Shown: in pieces, positions 8,243 to 18,133 of the stretch
How positions within the stretch are numbered: the stretch's first letter is position 1
Layout of the letters: each line of letters begins with the position of its first letter
Virus genome (UHGV): UHGV-0192057
Strand: one strand, 5' to 3'
Length of the DNA: 37,956 nt
Origin: a virus
Notes under the pieces: model-generated
What the model saw: the letters and a program-made list of their open reading frames with translations, nothing else
What the model was told of the DNA's origin: nothing
Databases searched by the model: none
Program-made: the position numbers and the translations under genes

Positions 8243-10752
8243 GTGACCGCAATGCACAGCTGGCGTACCCGTGGAACGCACCGCTACCGGTTATCGATCC
8301 TGAAACGTTCGGCAGAGCACAACCAACCGCATTACGCCAGGCCATTCAGAGCTACATCAACGAGGACATTCGCATTGATGCCAGACTGGATGAAGAAACC
8401 GTCTCCTTCCTGACAAACACAGACGAAGGCAAGCGAATTAATTCGCATCTTCACCACGACGAAGAGCGTCGGGTCAGACTGGAAAAACTGGCGAAGCACA
8501 AACGCGAGAATCCGCCCACGGTGGTATCTGAAGCCATGGCAGAGCTGCGCGCCCTGCCGCCGTTTCTTGCCAGTCCGCTCATCCGGGACCTGGCTCGCCT
8601 GAGCCGCAAACAGGAGAGCGCACGCCGGGAAGGGCTTAAGAATAACAGCGCATATGCGGCGGATAACTTCGTTCGTCATGGGCTGCGTGCCCGCCTGAAA
8701 CGTATCGCCCGTGTGAATGAACGCTTTGCCACCCCGGCCTTTAAGGCCACCGCCGCCCGCGAACGGCTGGATGAACTGCTTATACTGCCGCAGCTGAGCC
8801 GTGACGAAATCCAGCGCCTTGCCACCCTGACCGCCACCGCGTTTTCCGCCGCACTGGAGCGCGCATGTGATGAGATCATCGAAAAGACCGGCAGGGGTGA
8901 CGATGACCTGTTCACCTGGTTACTGACCTACCAGTCACTGGCACACATGGCGTTAAAACTGGGTATCACGCCACCCTGCTGGCCGTCGCTGGAAATCAGG
9001 CCAGACCGCCGCACCGCCCCCAACCCGGAACGGGTGCCGGGTGCGGTCATGCGCCTTTCCTGTGCGACATGGTGGAACAGTCAGTTAAGACACCTCCGGG
9101 ACATCTGGCGTGAAGAGCTGTTACGCGCCGCAGGTCTGGTGTCACGTAAGACATCGGTATATATCAGCCATGAAGCGTTACTGGACTGGCGCGAAAAACG
9201 CCAGCGCACCCGCGATTTTCTGAAGGCCTGGGACATCGAGAACGAAGAGGGAGAACGGCTCAGCCTTGAGGATATCTACTGGGCAGGTCTCTCTAATCCG
9301 CGTAACCGCCGTAACGAGATGATGACCTGCGCCCGGGGAATGGAGCAGGTCGCCGAAGCACGCGGCGATGTGGCGTTTTTCGTCACCGTCACAGCCCCTT
9401 CCCGTTTTCACAGCGTGAACGATGACGGCAGTCTGAACCCGAAATACTGCGGGGCAACGGTACGCGATGCCAGTGATTATCTGGTTTACCGCTTTTTCGC
9501 CGCCGTCCGCAGGGCCATCGACAAGGCCGGGCTGGGCTGGTACGGCGTGCGCACAGTGGAGCCCCACCACGACGGTACACCGCACTGGCACATGCTGGTA
9601 TTCACCAGCCAGGAAAACGAAGCCCGTATCACTGAAATCATGCGCAACGCCGCCATCAGGGAGGACCGCGCAGAGCTGGGTGATGATATCTCCCCGCGTT
9701 TTAAATGCGAAAAAATCGACCCGGCAAAAGGCACACCGACAAGCTATATCGCGACCTATATCGGTAAGAACCTGGACGCCAGCGCCTTCATGGGAAATGA
9801 CCCGAAAACCGGCAAACCTTACGTCGATAAGGAATCAGGCAAAACCATGGCCGAAACCGTGGAGAACGCCATCGGCTGGGCAGGCCTTCACCGCATCCAC
9901 CAGTTCCAGTTCTTCGGTATCCCGCCCCGCCAGGTATGGCGCGAACTCCGCAGCCTTGCCGGGCAGATGGCCCGTAACCCGACTGCCCCACAGCGTCTGG
10001 ACCATGACGACATTGACGCCATACTGGCCGCCGCCGACGTGGGATGTTTTGCCACCTATATCACCCGCCAGGGTGGTGTGCTCATTCCCCGCAACACGTA
10101 CCTGGTCCGCACCGCATACGAAACTGCCGAAGAGGCCAACGACTACGGCGAATTCCCGCAACGCATTTACGGCGTCCGCGCCCCGTTACTCGGGGAGCGC
10201 TACACCATATGCACCCACCCGGACACCTGGAAACTGGTCAGACGTAAGCCGGAAAACGAAGACCGCACGGACGAGGGTTTTGACGTTGAGTGCGGCTTTG
10301 CCGCACCTTGGACTCGTGGCAATAACTGTCCCCATGATGAAAAAACAGACACCGGAGAGGGTAAAACCCCACCACCGGAAACCAGGAAAGAACAAAAACT
10401 GGTCGTCCCGGGAGGTGATTTGGGTGAGTGGTTAAGGTCACTGACCCCCACAGAGCGAAAACAACTCACCAGGCAGCTGAAAGATGCGCCATCTGACACA
10501 AAAACCGTGAAAACCGGCGGCCCCACCACGCCCGATGACGTCATACATGTGCGTACAGCATTGCCGCTGACTGACGTCACCACCACCGTAATCAAGTCGG
10601 CACTGAGCGCGACGGGCGAGGAGCTACACAGTGGCGCAGCACTTTCCGTACACAGAGGTGCACGCGTTCGCCTGCCTGACGGGCGGATTGTGCACTGGGA
10701 TGAGAAATCACGAAGCCTGGTGGCAGCAGATCAACCGGAGGTGAACCCATGA
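8239..10752 (+). CDS. A: Replication initiation protein A (rolling-circle endonuclease)
   Basis: 837-aa ORF at the P2 A position; active-site-like segment HHDGTPHWHMLVF...YIATYIGKNL (tyrosines near a His cluster). Confidence 0.9.
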   Translation: MSDRNAQLAYPWNAPLPVIDPETFGRAQPTALRQAIQSYINEDIRIDARLDEETVSFLTNTDEGKRINSHLHHDEERRVRLEKLAKHKRENPPTVVSEAMAELRALPPFLASPLIRDLARLSRKQESARREGLKNNSAYAADNFVRHGLRARLKRIARVNERFATPAFKATAARERLDELLILPQLSRDEIQRLATLTATAFSAALERACDEIIEKTGRGDDDLFTWLLTYQSLAHMALKLGITPPCWPSLEIRPDRRTAPNPERVPGAVMRLSCATWWNSQLRHLRDIWREELLRAAGLVSRKTSVYISHEALLDWREKRQRTRDFLKAWDIENEEGERLSLEDIYWAGLSNPRNRRNEMMTCARGMEQVAEARGDVAFFVTVTAPSRFHSVNDDGSLNPKYCGATVRDASDYLVYRFFAAVRRAIDKAGLGWYGVRTVEPHHDGTPHWHMLVFTSQENEARITEIMRNAAIREDRAELGDDISPRFKCEKIDPAKGTPTSYIATYIGKNLDASAFMGNDPKTGKPYVDKESGKTMAETVENAIGWAGLHRIHQFQFFGIPPRQVWRELRSLAGQMARNPTAPQRLDHDDIDAILAAADVGCFATYITRQGGVLIPRNTYLVRTAYETAEEANDYGEFPQRIYGVRAPLLGERYTICTHPDTWKLVRRKPENEDRTDEGFDVECGFAAPWTRGNNCPHDEKTDTGEGKTPPPETRKEQKLVVPGGDLGEWLRSLTPTERKQLTRQLKDAPSDTKTVKTGGPTTPDDVIHVRTALPLTDVTTTVIKSALSATGEELHSGAALSVHRGARVRLPDGRIVHWDEKSRSLVAADQPEVNP

Positions 10753-11153
10753 CACGATTCCATTGTGTACTCCAGCACCATGATTTCAGCGCCATCATGA
10801 GTGGACGCATTCCCGCACTGACGCTGAGCGGCGTCAGTGTTCGACCACAGCCAGGCGACGAACTGGAGATCACGATCGCAAACCCCGATCGCAGCACAGA
10901 TACCGTCATGACCGACATCCTGACTGCAAGAATCAACACCGACAGAAGCGCATTCATCGTTGCCGTGCGCCCTCGTCGCGCCATATCAGAGCCTGAACCA
11001 CTGACTCCCGTAGGAAAAATCATGCAGGCATACCACGAAAAACAGACCAGAAAACTCAACGAAGAACTGGCAAGAACGCTGGCCGTCGTTAACCGAAAAG
11101 CGGCAATTGTCCGCTATGTGCATTCGGCCGCCAGCAGGCAATCACGCAGGTAA
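10749..11153 (+). CDS. Hypothetical protein following A (134 aa)
   Basis: ATGA overlap with the A stop. Confidence 0.5.
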   Translation: MTRFHCVLQHHDFSAIMSGRIPALTLSGVSVRPQPGDELEITIANPDRSTDTVMTDILTARINTDRSAFIVAVRPRRAISEPEPLTPVGKIMQAYHEKQTRKLNEELARTLAVVNRKAAIVRYVHSAASRQSRR

Positions 11154-11201
11154 CAAAAGACCATGAACATGACCAGAAACAGCAAACCGAAGGAGCACAC
11201 C

Positions 11202-11372
11202 ATGAACGACATCAGGAGGATCAGCGACAAAGAGCTTACGAAAATGATTGAGTCGGCGCAGCAGCTGCTTTCACGACGAAATCCGGTTGTGGAAGAAACA
11301 TGGTGGGAAAATTTACTGACAGCACTGACCGAACTCCGCGAACGCCGGAACAACGAAGGAGCCGCCAAATGA
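11202..11372 (+). CDS. Hypothetical small protein (56 aa)
   Basis: ATG with AAGGAG 7 nt upstream (MNDIRRISDKELTKMIESAQQLL...). Confidence 0.45.
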   Translation: MNDIRRISDKELTKMIESAQQLLSRRNPVVEETWWENLLTALTELRERRNNEGAAK

Positions 11373-11707
11373 AGACACCCAGAATGACCGGAAAGGTAAT
11401 CATTTTACGCTACCTGGAAACGCACGCACGCTTCAGCGCACCAGAGCTGGTTGAAAAACTGGGCGTGAAAAGGACCATCATTAATCAGGCCGCCGGAAAG
11501 ATGGTACGCGAAGGGCTGCTGGTTGTGGACGGGTACACGGACAAGATAACGCATTACCGGAAGCCAACGGAAAAGGAACGACTGGAGCTGGCGCAACGGG
11601 CAGAATGGCAACAAGAGCCGTCCGTAATTGAAGCCTGCAAGCGCAGCGAAATCATGAAGAGAATTCTGTTTATCTACGGCGCTGGCGAAGAGCTGCCAGT
11701 CATCTAA
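11369..11707 (+). CDS. Putative winged-helix DNA-binding protein (112 aa)
   Basis: ATG with AAGGAG upstream and ATGA overlap; helix-turn-helix-like segment SAPELVEKLGVKRTIINQAAGKMVREGLL. Confidence 0.5.
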   Translation: MKTPRMTGKVIILRYLETHARFSAPELVEKLGVKRTIINQAAGKMVREGLLVVDGYTDKITHYRKPTEKERLELAQRAEWQQEPSVIEACKRSEIMKRILFIYGAGEELPVI

Positions 11708-11739
11708 CCCCAACAATAAAACCAACACGGGAGACAAAT

Positions 11740-12057
11740 ATGCCAACACAGGTTGCAACAGAGGGACGACTGGCAGCAGACCCGAACACAAGGAGAACAA
11801 CCAAAGGAACCAACGTCACAACGGCACAACTGGCGGTATCACTACCCTGCCATGGCGCAGAACAGCCAACCACAATGTGGCTTTACCTTATTTCATTCGG
11901 GAAGCAGCACGAAGAACTGGCAAAACACAGAAAAGGCGATCTGATTCTGGTGCACGGAAACTTGCAGGTAAACAGGTATCAGGACAAGTACGGGCAACAG
12001 AAAGAGGGCTGGCAGCTGCTGATGCAAAGCATTATCAGCTCAAGAACCGGGCGATGA
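11740..12057 (+). CDS. SSB-like OB-fold protein, short (105 aa, no acidic C-terminal tail)
   Basis: N-terminus EGRLAADPNTRRTTKGTNVTTAQLAVS resembles the SSB beta1-beta2 region; lacks the C-terminal DDDIPF-type tail. Confidence 0.5.
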   Translation: MPTQVATEGRLAADPNTRRTTKGTNVTTAQLAVSLPCHGAEQPTTMWLYLISFGKQHEELAKHRKGDLILVHGNLQVNRYQDKYGQQKEGWQLLMQSIISSRTGR

Positions 12058-12067
12058 CTTCACGCAT

Positions 12068-12091
12068 GTTACCCTCAGCAGCGAGGGTAAC
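12068..12091. terminator. Hairpin between convergent SSB-like gene and hotspot membrane gene
   Basis: gttaccctc-agcagc-gagggtaac 9-bp stem, followed by a T-run on the plus strand. Confidence 0.45.
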
Positions 12092-12106
12092 ACAGGATTT
12101 CTTTTT

Positions 12107-12751
12107 TCAGTCAAACCGAAATCGGCCGCTTGTCGCGTATGCATAGGTGACCACCGCACCCAGCGCATTCACACGCTTCTTCACATAAATCACATTACCA
12201 TCCTGATAGTCACCGTATGGGTAGCAAATAAAGATTGTTTTTTGCAAATCAGGATCATCAACAAATGCCCCTGAACAACTTTTTGAGCTACCGCGACTGT
12301 ACTCATAGGGAGCGGAATAGAATGAATCTTCACCCGGAAGAAAATATATCAGCGTAACCAGGAGGGTAAACAGAATCATCCAGGTAAGAAGGCACATACC
12401 CGAAAAAAACTTAAGATACGATGTAACCCCGGTAAATTTAGACCGATCAACCAGGTTCTTTTTCAACAGGCACAGTGAGACAAAAACCGAAAGCACCACA
12501 GACACTGAAACAAGGCAGTTTGTCGTGAACGAATAAAGGTAGGTAATTCTGTAAACATCGTTTCGCCACCAAATAAAAAGAAAAATCCCCCCCAAAACAG
12601 AAAGCGTGACAAAAGTTAAATAAGGATATGAGTAATTTTTCACAGTTCTCACCCGGCAATACACCACTGATTCAGACAGATGATTATCATCACCACCCAC
12701 CCCCAAAAATCGCAAGATAAAAAATGCACAAAAGCGCACGAAATTGCACAA
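12107..12751 (-). CDS. Hypothetical 3-TM membrane protein in the AT-rich tin/old-equivalent hotspot (start uncertain)
   Basis: 214-codon open frame in conspicuously AT-rich DNA; three hydrophobic segments and a roughly 85-aa C-terminal soluble domain. The track start is TTG; in-frame ATGs occur only near codon 123. Confidence 0.5.
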   Translation of the reverse strand: MCNFVRFCAFFILRFLGVGGDDNHLSESVVYCRVRTVKNYSYPYLTFVTLSVLGGIFLFIWWRNDVYRITYLYSFTTNCLVSVSVVLSVFVSLCLLKKNLVDRSKFTGVTSYLKFFSGMCLLTWMILFTLLVTLIYFLPGEDSFYSAPYEYSRGSSKSCSGAFVDDPDLQKTIFICYPYGDYQDGNVIYVKKRVNALGAVVTYAYATSGRFRFD

Positions 12752-13197
12752 TTTTTCTTATGTGTTTCATCCCCATTCAGCCCAGTAACGGCGCTGGCTG
12801 AGGCCGGTTTGCACGGTGCACGAAAAACGAGGCAATTGCAGCGCGCAGGCGACGAGGGAAGGGCGCCCGAATTGAGGGGTGGAAGGCAGGTTGCTTTATT
12901 TGGGGTCGTATTGCGCGTGATACGCACGCAGTGAAGCCGGTTCTGAAAAAACCACACCGAAACAGAGTCAGAAAAACAGGCCGCCAGAATGCGTCTGGTT
13001 GAGTTTTACGGGGTCGGGATTAAATGCGGAAACATCACACCGCAGGCATGACGCGAAAAAGAGAAAAACCACAGCAAAACATAATGTTAAATGTTATTGA
13101 TGAGTTGAGAAGCGAAAGGTGTATTGCGTTGACAGAGCTGGAGAGTCGGGGCATAAATTTTTTATGCCCCGGCGAAGCAGCCGACAAGCGAAGCGCG

Positions 13198-14241
13198 TCA
13201 GCTGGCGTTATCCTGAAGCAACGCATAGGGGTTAAAGCGCATTACCTCGCTTCCCAGCCATTCATTGACATGCTTCATGGCCTCCATGACAGGTTGCAGC
13301 TCGTTGATGAAAAACACCCTCGCCGCTTTCTCAACGTCACCGAGCGCCGCGTTCCCGTCAGGCATTGCCCCCATCAGCTGAGGCGGTACACGGTGAGCCG
13401 CAAGGATATCGTCACGGGCACTCCCCTTGATGTTAAGGAATTCGTCCTTCGCGGTGATTTGCTGGAACGGCAGTATTTGCACACCATCCTTGCCGCCACC
13501 TGGCGCGTGCAGAAGGATATTGCGGAACGCCCCCTTGCCACGGGATTCCGTGAGTGTTTTCTTGATGGCTTCCACGCTTTCAGCGTTTGCCTGGGCGGCA
13601 CCAACATAGACAATGCACCCGGCATGTGAACCGTTGTCATAGTAGAGCTTGCGGAACGTATCCGCTGAGTTCGACAGACTCACCGACAGCAACCCACCGA
13701 TATACTCCGGCATCCCGTAGATTTCCTGGTTGATATCGGGGTTCAGAACGTGGCACACAGCCCCCTTACGGAAAGCAAATTCAGAACCATCATCATTGAG
13801 GTACCAGTACGTATCGAGATCACTGCCCCGCCGCGTGTATTTCGCCAGCGCAGGACGAAGCGCAATGGGTTCACCGAACTTGTTGCGGCGGACTTCAAGA
13901 TAGGCATTACCGAACACGAACCAGTCCAGCGCAAACGCGGAAAACGCCTGGCGGGACAGTAGCGGATGAGGAACAAAGCAGCCGTTCAGGGCATTACGCT
14001 TAAAATACAGGGCCGACTGGTGCCATGATGCACGACGCGAGGCGCGAGCAATGGCATTCCAGTCCATGGGGGTGTCATAGTAGCGGCCATTATCGGCGCA
14101 CGACATGTTATCAAGCAGATCAAGACGGCTTGCTTCATAAGGACCGTCAAACGTGAAAGCACTGAGTGACGGCGCTGATTTCAGTGCATCAGCCAGTGAG
14201 CCCGTGCCGCGCTTTCCGGTGTATTTTTTACGTTTACTCAT
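13198..14241 (-). CDS. Q: Portal protein (gpQ)
   Basis: 347 aa; position next to cos and upstream of the large terminase; P2 gpQ-like. Confidence 0.93.
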   Translation of the reverse strand: MSKRKKYTGKRGTGSLADALKSAPSLSAFTFDGPYEASRLDLLDNMSCADNGRYYDTPMDWNAIARASRRASWHQSALYFKRNALNGCFVPHPLLSRQAFSAFALDWFVFGNAYLEVRRNKFGEPIALRPALAKYTRRGSDLDTYWYLNDDGSEFAFRKGAVCHVLNPDINQEIYGMPEYIGGLLSVSLSNSADTFRKLYYDNGSHAGCIVYVGAAQANAESVEAIKKTLTESRGKGAFRNILLHAPGGGKDGVQILPFQQITAKDEFLNIKGSARDDILAAHRVPPQLMGAMPDGNAALGDVEKAARVFFINELQPVMEAMKHVNEWLGSEVMRFNPYALLQDNAS

Positions 14242-14246
14242 TGTGT

Positions 14247-15980
14247 TCAGAACTCCATTGCAAAGCCACGATTATCCTCACGCTCTGCGCCGATTGGCTC
14301 ATTGATAACAGCAAGCATGGTTGCCCAGGCGAGATCACCATGACTGACACCGCGTGAGCGGTCAGTGTCATAGGTGATATAGCCGCCGGGCGTCTGTATT
14401 TTTCGCACCGATGCAAAGGCCTGTACCAGGTCGCGCTCGCTGCGGTCATACTCCCAGCGTCCGGCACGGACCACCTGAAGCATCTTCATGACCAGCGCCC
14501 GCTTTGAAGCGATATTAAAGTTATACGGAACAGCCAGGGGGAAGAATTTTTTCACTATCTGATAAACCCCTTCCCCGTTCCCGCCGGTGACATCAATCCC
14601 GATATGCTTCACATTGTATTTTTGGGTGTACTCCTCAATCAGGGCGGCCTGCTGTTCAAACTCCATGCCCTGAACCCTGACGGTTTCCACCGTACGAAAA
14701 CGCCCACCGACAACAAGGGGTGGCACGCACACCGACAGCGCCCCGCAGTCCCCCTTCCCGCTGCTGCCGTTGGCGTCATACCCGAGCCAGACTTCCCTCA
14801 CCCCCATGGGGCGGACAGCAAAAGGCTTCCAGTCCGGCCATTCGTCATAGCCATCAACACCGCACCCGACGAGCGTATTCAGACTGAAGGCTGCCTCACC
14901 ATCACGGACAAATTCGCACATGTACAGATTGCGAAATTCACTTTCTGTATTTTCGCCGCGAATATCATCAATACTGGTGAACTGCCATCCGTTAGCGACA
15001 GCATCCTCAATGGTGACAATCTGCCGCCACGTTTTGTCGGGAAAGAGCACGCCCCTCTTCAGGTGAGCATGTGAAACATCAAACTCACTGCGTTTTGAGC
15101 GTGGCTGTTCGCTGTTCCAGCGGTCCCCCGTCCAGAACTGATACGCCTCATGCATTTCCCCCGACGGCGTCGAGAAGTAAGTGCGCGTAAGCCCTTCCAG
15201 GGTCGCCATTGCCCCGGCAACCTTCCTGATGTTCACAAAGTTACTGACCCAGAAAAATTCGTCGAATTTAAGATGACCGGTATAGGACTGCGCGGTGGCA
15301 GCTGACGTACCGAGGAAGTGCAGCTCCGCGCCGTTGGACAGCACGATCTTGTCGCCCCCTTTCAGCTCAACATCCACTTCCAGCGCCGCCTGCTGAATAA
15401 AATGCTTGAACTGATACGCCTGACGACGGGAGGCGGATAAAAATATCTGGTTGCGCTGATACCCGGCGGAGACGTCATCACGCAGTGCATCAAGGAGCGC
15501 CTCGCGCGCAAAATACCAGGTCGCACCAATCTGACGCGACTTCAGGATCATACGGTTGCGGTGGTGACGGTTTTCGTACCATTCACGTTGATGCCACGCC
15601 AGCGTCGGGAGGATTTTTTCACGAAGCGCGACAATCTGTTCTTCGGTGAAGTGATTTTTCAGTCTGCGTTTACGGGGCTTTTTACCGGAAACGGCCTGTT
15701 CTCCCTGACCGTCATTCAGTTTTTTCAGCTGGCGCGTGAGAAGGTCAATTTCCTTAAAATCGCTGCCGCTTTTCTCTGTTTTTGTGGTGAGCTGGATCAG
15801 GCGCGCATCAATGGACTGGGTGACCCGCTGGATCGGAGGTGTGGCATCCCACTCATCGCGTTTTTTCCATGAGTAAATCGTGTTCTGGCTGATCCCCATC
15901 AGTTGCGAGATTTCCGCAGGTGTGTACCCTTGCCAGTAAAGTTGTCTTGCCCTTATGCGGACAAATGCATCCTGAATCAT
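14247..15980 (-). CDS. P: Terminase large (ATPase) subunit (gpP)
   Basis: ATG at 15980 (MIQDAFVRIR...); N-terminal HTH; P2 gpP-like; divergent from O. Confidence 0.93.
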   Translation of the reverse strand: MIQDAFVRIRARQLYWQGYTPAEISQLMGISQNTIYSWKKRDEWDATPPIQRVTQSIDARLIQLTTKTEKSGSDFKEIDLLTRQLKKLNDGQGEQAVSGKKPRKRRLKNHFTEEQIVALREKILPTLAWHQREWYENRHHRNRMILKSRQIGATWYFAREALLDALRDDVSAGYQRNQIFLSASRRQAYQFKHFIQQAALEVDVELKGGDKIVLSNGAELHFLGTSAATAQSYTGHLKFDEFFWVSNFVNIRKVAGAMATLEGLTRTYFSTPSGEMHEAYQFWTGDRWNSEQPRSKRSEFDVSHAHLKRGVLFPDKTWRQIVTIEDAVANGWQFTSIDDIRGENTESEFRNLYMCEFVRDGEAAFSLNTLVGCGVDGYDEWPDWKPFAVRPMGVREVWLGYDANGSSGKGDCGALSVCVPPLVVGGRFRTVETVRVQGMEFEQQAALIEEYTQKYNVKHIGIDVTGGNGEGVYQIVKKFFPLAVPYNFNIASKRALVMKMLQVVRAGRWEYDRSERDLVQAFASVRKIQTPGGYITYDTDRSRGVSHGDLAWATMLAVINEPIGAEREDNRGFAMEF

Positions 15981-16047
15981 TGACGCCCCCTTGCTGTTTG
16001 ATCTCAAGAGTAAACGCCCGCGCATTCATCCAGGTATCCGGTGCCAT

Positions 16048-16065
16048 TGTCGCCACGCTCTTACA
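16048..16065. promoter_or_regulatory. Ogr-type activator box (TGT-N12-ACA) between divergent P and O
   Basis: tgt-cgccacgctctt-aca centred about 55 bp from plausible transcription starts on both sides; P2 late promoters carry this dyad at about -55. Confidence 0.55.
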
Positions 16066-16137
16066 ACATCGCCGCCTTGAGGCGCAGCCATCCCCTTATC
16101 ATCATGAAGAAAAGCAACCCACAGAAAGGGGATTTAC

Positions 16138-16974
16138 ATGGCAAGTAAAAACGCGCCAGTACGGAAAAAATTCCGCGTCGCCGTCTCGGGCACCACCATC
16201 GACGGGCGTGAGATTTCGGGGCTGATGTTGCGTCAGGCCGCTGAGAATTACGACCCGGAAGTGTGGGGGTCACGGGTGAACGTGGAGCACATGCTTTCAC
16301 GTATGCCATCCAGTGAATTCAGTGCCGTGGGCGATGTGATTTCACTGTCCACCGAAGAAATCAGGGAAGGCAAACTGGCCGGCCGCACCGCACTGTATGC
16401 CGAAATTGAGCCCACCGACCGCATGACGCAGATGCTGAATGATGGCAAGAAAATCTACTCAAGCATTGAGCTTGAACCCAACATTGATGCCGTTGGCGGC
16501 CCTTACGTAATTGGCCTGGCAATGACCGATACCCCGGCAAGTCTCGGCACTGAACGACTGAAGTTTGCCGCCCAGCAGCGCGCCAGCATCATGCAGTTCA
16601 ACAGCCGCAACGGTGAGCCAGTCATGTTCACCGAATGTATGGAAGCGGAACTCGCGGCCTCCGTACAGGACAGCACCGAAGAAAGCCAGAAATGGTTTTC
16701 GCGCGTCATGGCGCTCATCAGCAAAACCCGTGACACGGACAGCGAGCAGTTCGCTCACGTGCGCGAAGCCGTCGAGAGCATTGCCACGGAACAGGCCGGC
16801 CTTCTGGATCGCTTCCATGCGATGGAAGAGCAACAGCGCAGTGATAAGGCATCACTGGAAACCCTGACCCGCGAACTGACTGAACTGAAGGCGCAGCTGA
16901 AAACCGAAGATGCAGACAAGGAACAGCGCTTTGCTTCAACCGGTGGCAACAGCCACGCCCTGGCTGATTTTTAA
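16138..16974 (+). CDS. O: Capsid scaffolding protein (gpO)
   Basis: 278 aa; acidic coiled-coil C-terminus; first gene of the rightward head operon. Confidence 0.88.
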   Translation: MASKNAPVRKKFRVAVSGTTIDGREISGLMLRQAAENYDPEVWGSRVNVEHMLSRMPSSEFSAVGDVISLSTEEIREGKLAGRTALYAEIEPTDRMTQMLNDGKKIYSSIELEPNIDAVGGPYVIGLAMTDTPASLGTERLKFAAQQRASIMQFNSRNGEPVMFTECMEAELAASVQDSTEESQKWFSRVMALISKTRDTDSEQFAHVREAVESIATEQAGLLDRFHAMEEQQRSDKASLETLTRELTELKAQLKTEDADKEQRFASTGGNSHALADF

Positions 16975-16989
16975 CAGAGGAACAAAATC

Positions 16990-18084
16990 ATGGGAAACCG
17001 CTTAACGCTTTCTCGCGAAGGCCGCAGCAATCTTGAGGCCTATCTTGCACGCCAGGCTGAACTGGCCGAAACCACCGTAGAACGACTGGGGAAAACCTTC
17101 AGCGTTGATCCGGCTGTTCATCAGAAGATGGAAAACGCCATCAAAGAGAGCGACGAGCTGCTGAAAAGAATCAACAGCATCGGCGTTGACGATCAGGAGG
17201 GTGAAAAAGTCCTGGTGAATACCAGCGGCCCCATCGCCAGCACCAACTCAACCAGTGACGGCGTGAAGCGACGCAATCCCGCTGACGTCTCTGATCTGGC
17301 ATCACGTCGTTATCGCTGCGAACAGGTGAACTACGACACCTTCATCAGCTACGCACAGATTGACGCGTGGAGCAGCCAGAAAAACTTCCAGCAACTGCTG
17401 AGTGCACAAATCACCCGACAGATTGCACTGGACCGTATCATGATTGGCTTTAACGGTGAGTCGCACGCCATCATCTCCGATCGTTCTGCCAACCCGAAAC
17501 TTCAGGACGTTAACACCGGGTGGCTGAAACACATCCGTGAACACGCCACGACGCGTGTCGTGAAGGCAATGACGCTGACCCGTCGCGATCATGAAAACAA
17601 ACTGGTTGCAAAAGGCGACTACGGCAACGCTGACGCGATGGTTAACGACATTCGCTCTTCCATACTGGATGAGTGGCACAAGGACGCCCCGGATCTGGTT
17701 GTTGTCATGGGCCGCAACCTGTTCAACACGCTGCGTCTGCCTATGATTAACGCCATCAGCACCACCAACCCGAACACGGAGCTGGTCGCCGGACAGCTGA
17801 TTACAGCCTCCCGCACCATTGGCGCGCTGCCAACCTTCTTTGCGCCGTACTTCCCGGACGATGCCATGCTGATCACGTCGTTCAGCAACCTTTCGGTCTA
17901 CTTCCAGAAAGGGTCACTGCGTCGCTTCATCCGTGAAGAGCCGGAGTACAACCGTATCGCCACCTACCAGTCCATGAACGACTGCTACGTGGTGGAAGAC
18001 TACGGCAAGTGCGCACTGATTGAGGGCATTTCTTTCGCCGGTGAAGATCCGGAAGACAAGAAAGAGGCAGAAGCACAGGCGTAA
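16990..18084 (+). CDS. N: Major capsid protein (gpN)
   Basis: 364 aa; matches P2 gpN from memory (FNGESHAIISDRSANPKLQDV..., PDLVVVMGR, YVVEDYGKCALIEGI). Confidence 0.93.
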   Translation: MGNRLTLSREGRSNLEAYLARQAELAETTVERLGKTFSVDPAVHQKMENAIKESDELLKRINSIGVDDQEGEKVLVNTSGPIASTNSTSDGVKRRNPADVSDLASRRYRCEQVNYDTFISYAQIDAWSSQKNFQQLLSAQITRQIALDRIMIGFNGESHAIISDRSANPKLQDVNTGWLKHIREHATTRVVKAMTLTRRDHENKLVAKGDYGNADAMVNDIRSSILDEWHKDAPDLVVVMGRNLFNTLRLPMINAISTTNPNTELVAGQLITASRTIGALPTFFAPYFPDDAMLITSFSNLSVYFQKGSLRRFIREEPEYNRIATYQSMNDCYVVEDYGKCALIEGISFAGEDPEDKKEAEAQA

Positions 18085-18133
18085 CGCATTATGGCGGGCA
18101 CATGTGCCCGCCGGTTAATCAGGAGTCGAATAC

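Noticed and set aside
9467-10435. 322-aa alternative-frame ORF (plus numerous shorter ones on both strands) inside the A gene
   Set aside because: Embedded entirely within the well-supported A reading frame; Pro/Thr/Ser/Arg-rich compositional artefact of GC-rich coding DNA.
13024-13629. 201-aa plus-strand ORF overlapping the portal gene on the opposite strand
   Set aside because: Antisense shadow ORF of Q; begins in the cos-proximal non-coding region with no ribosome-binding site.
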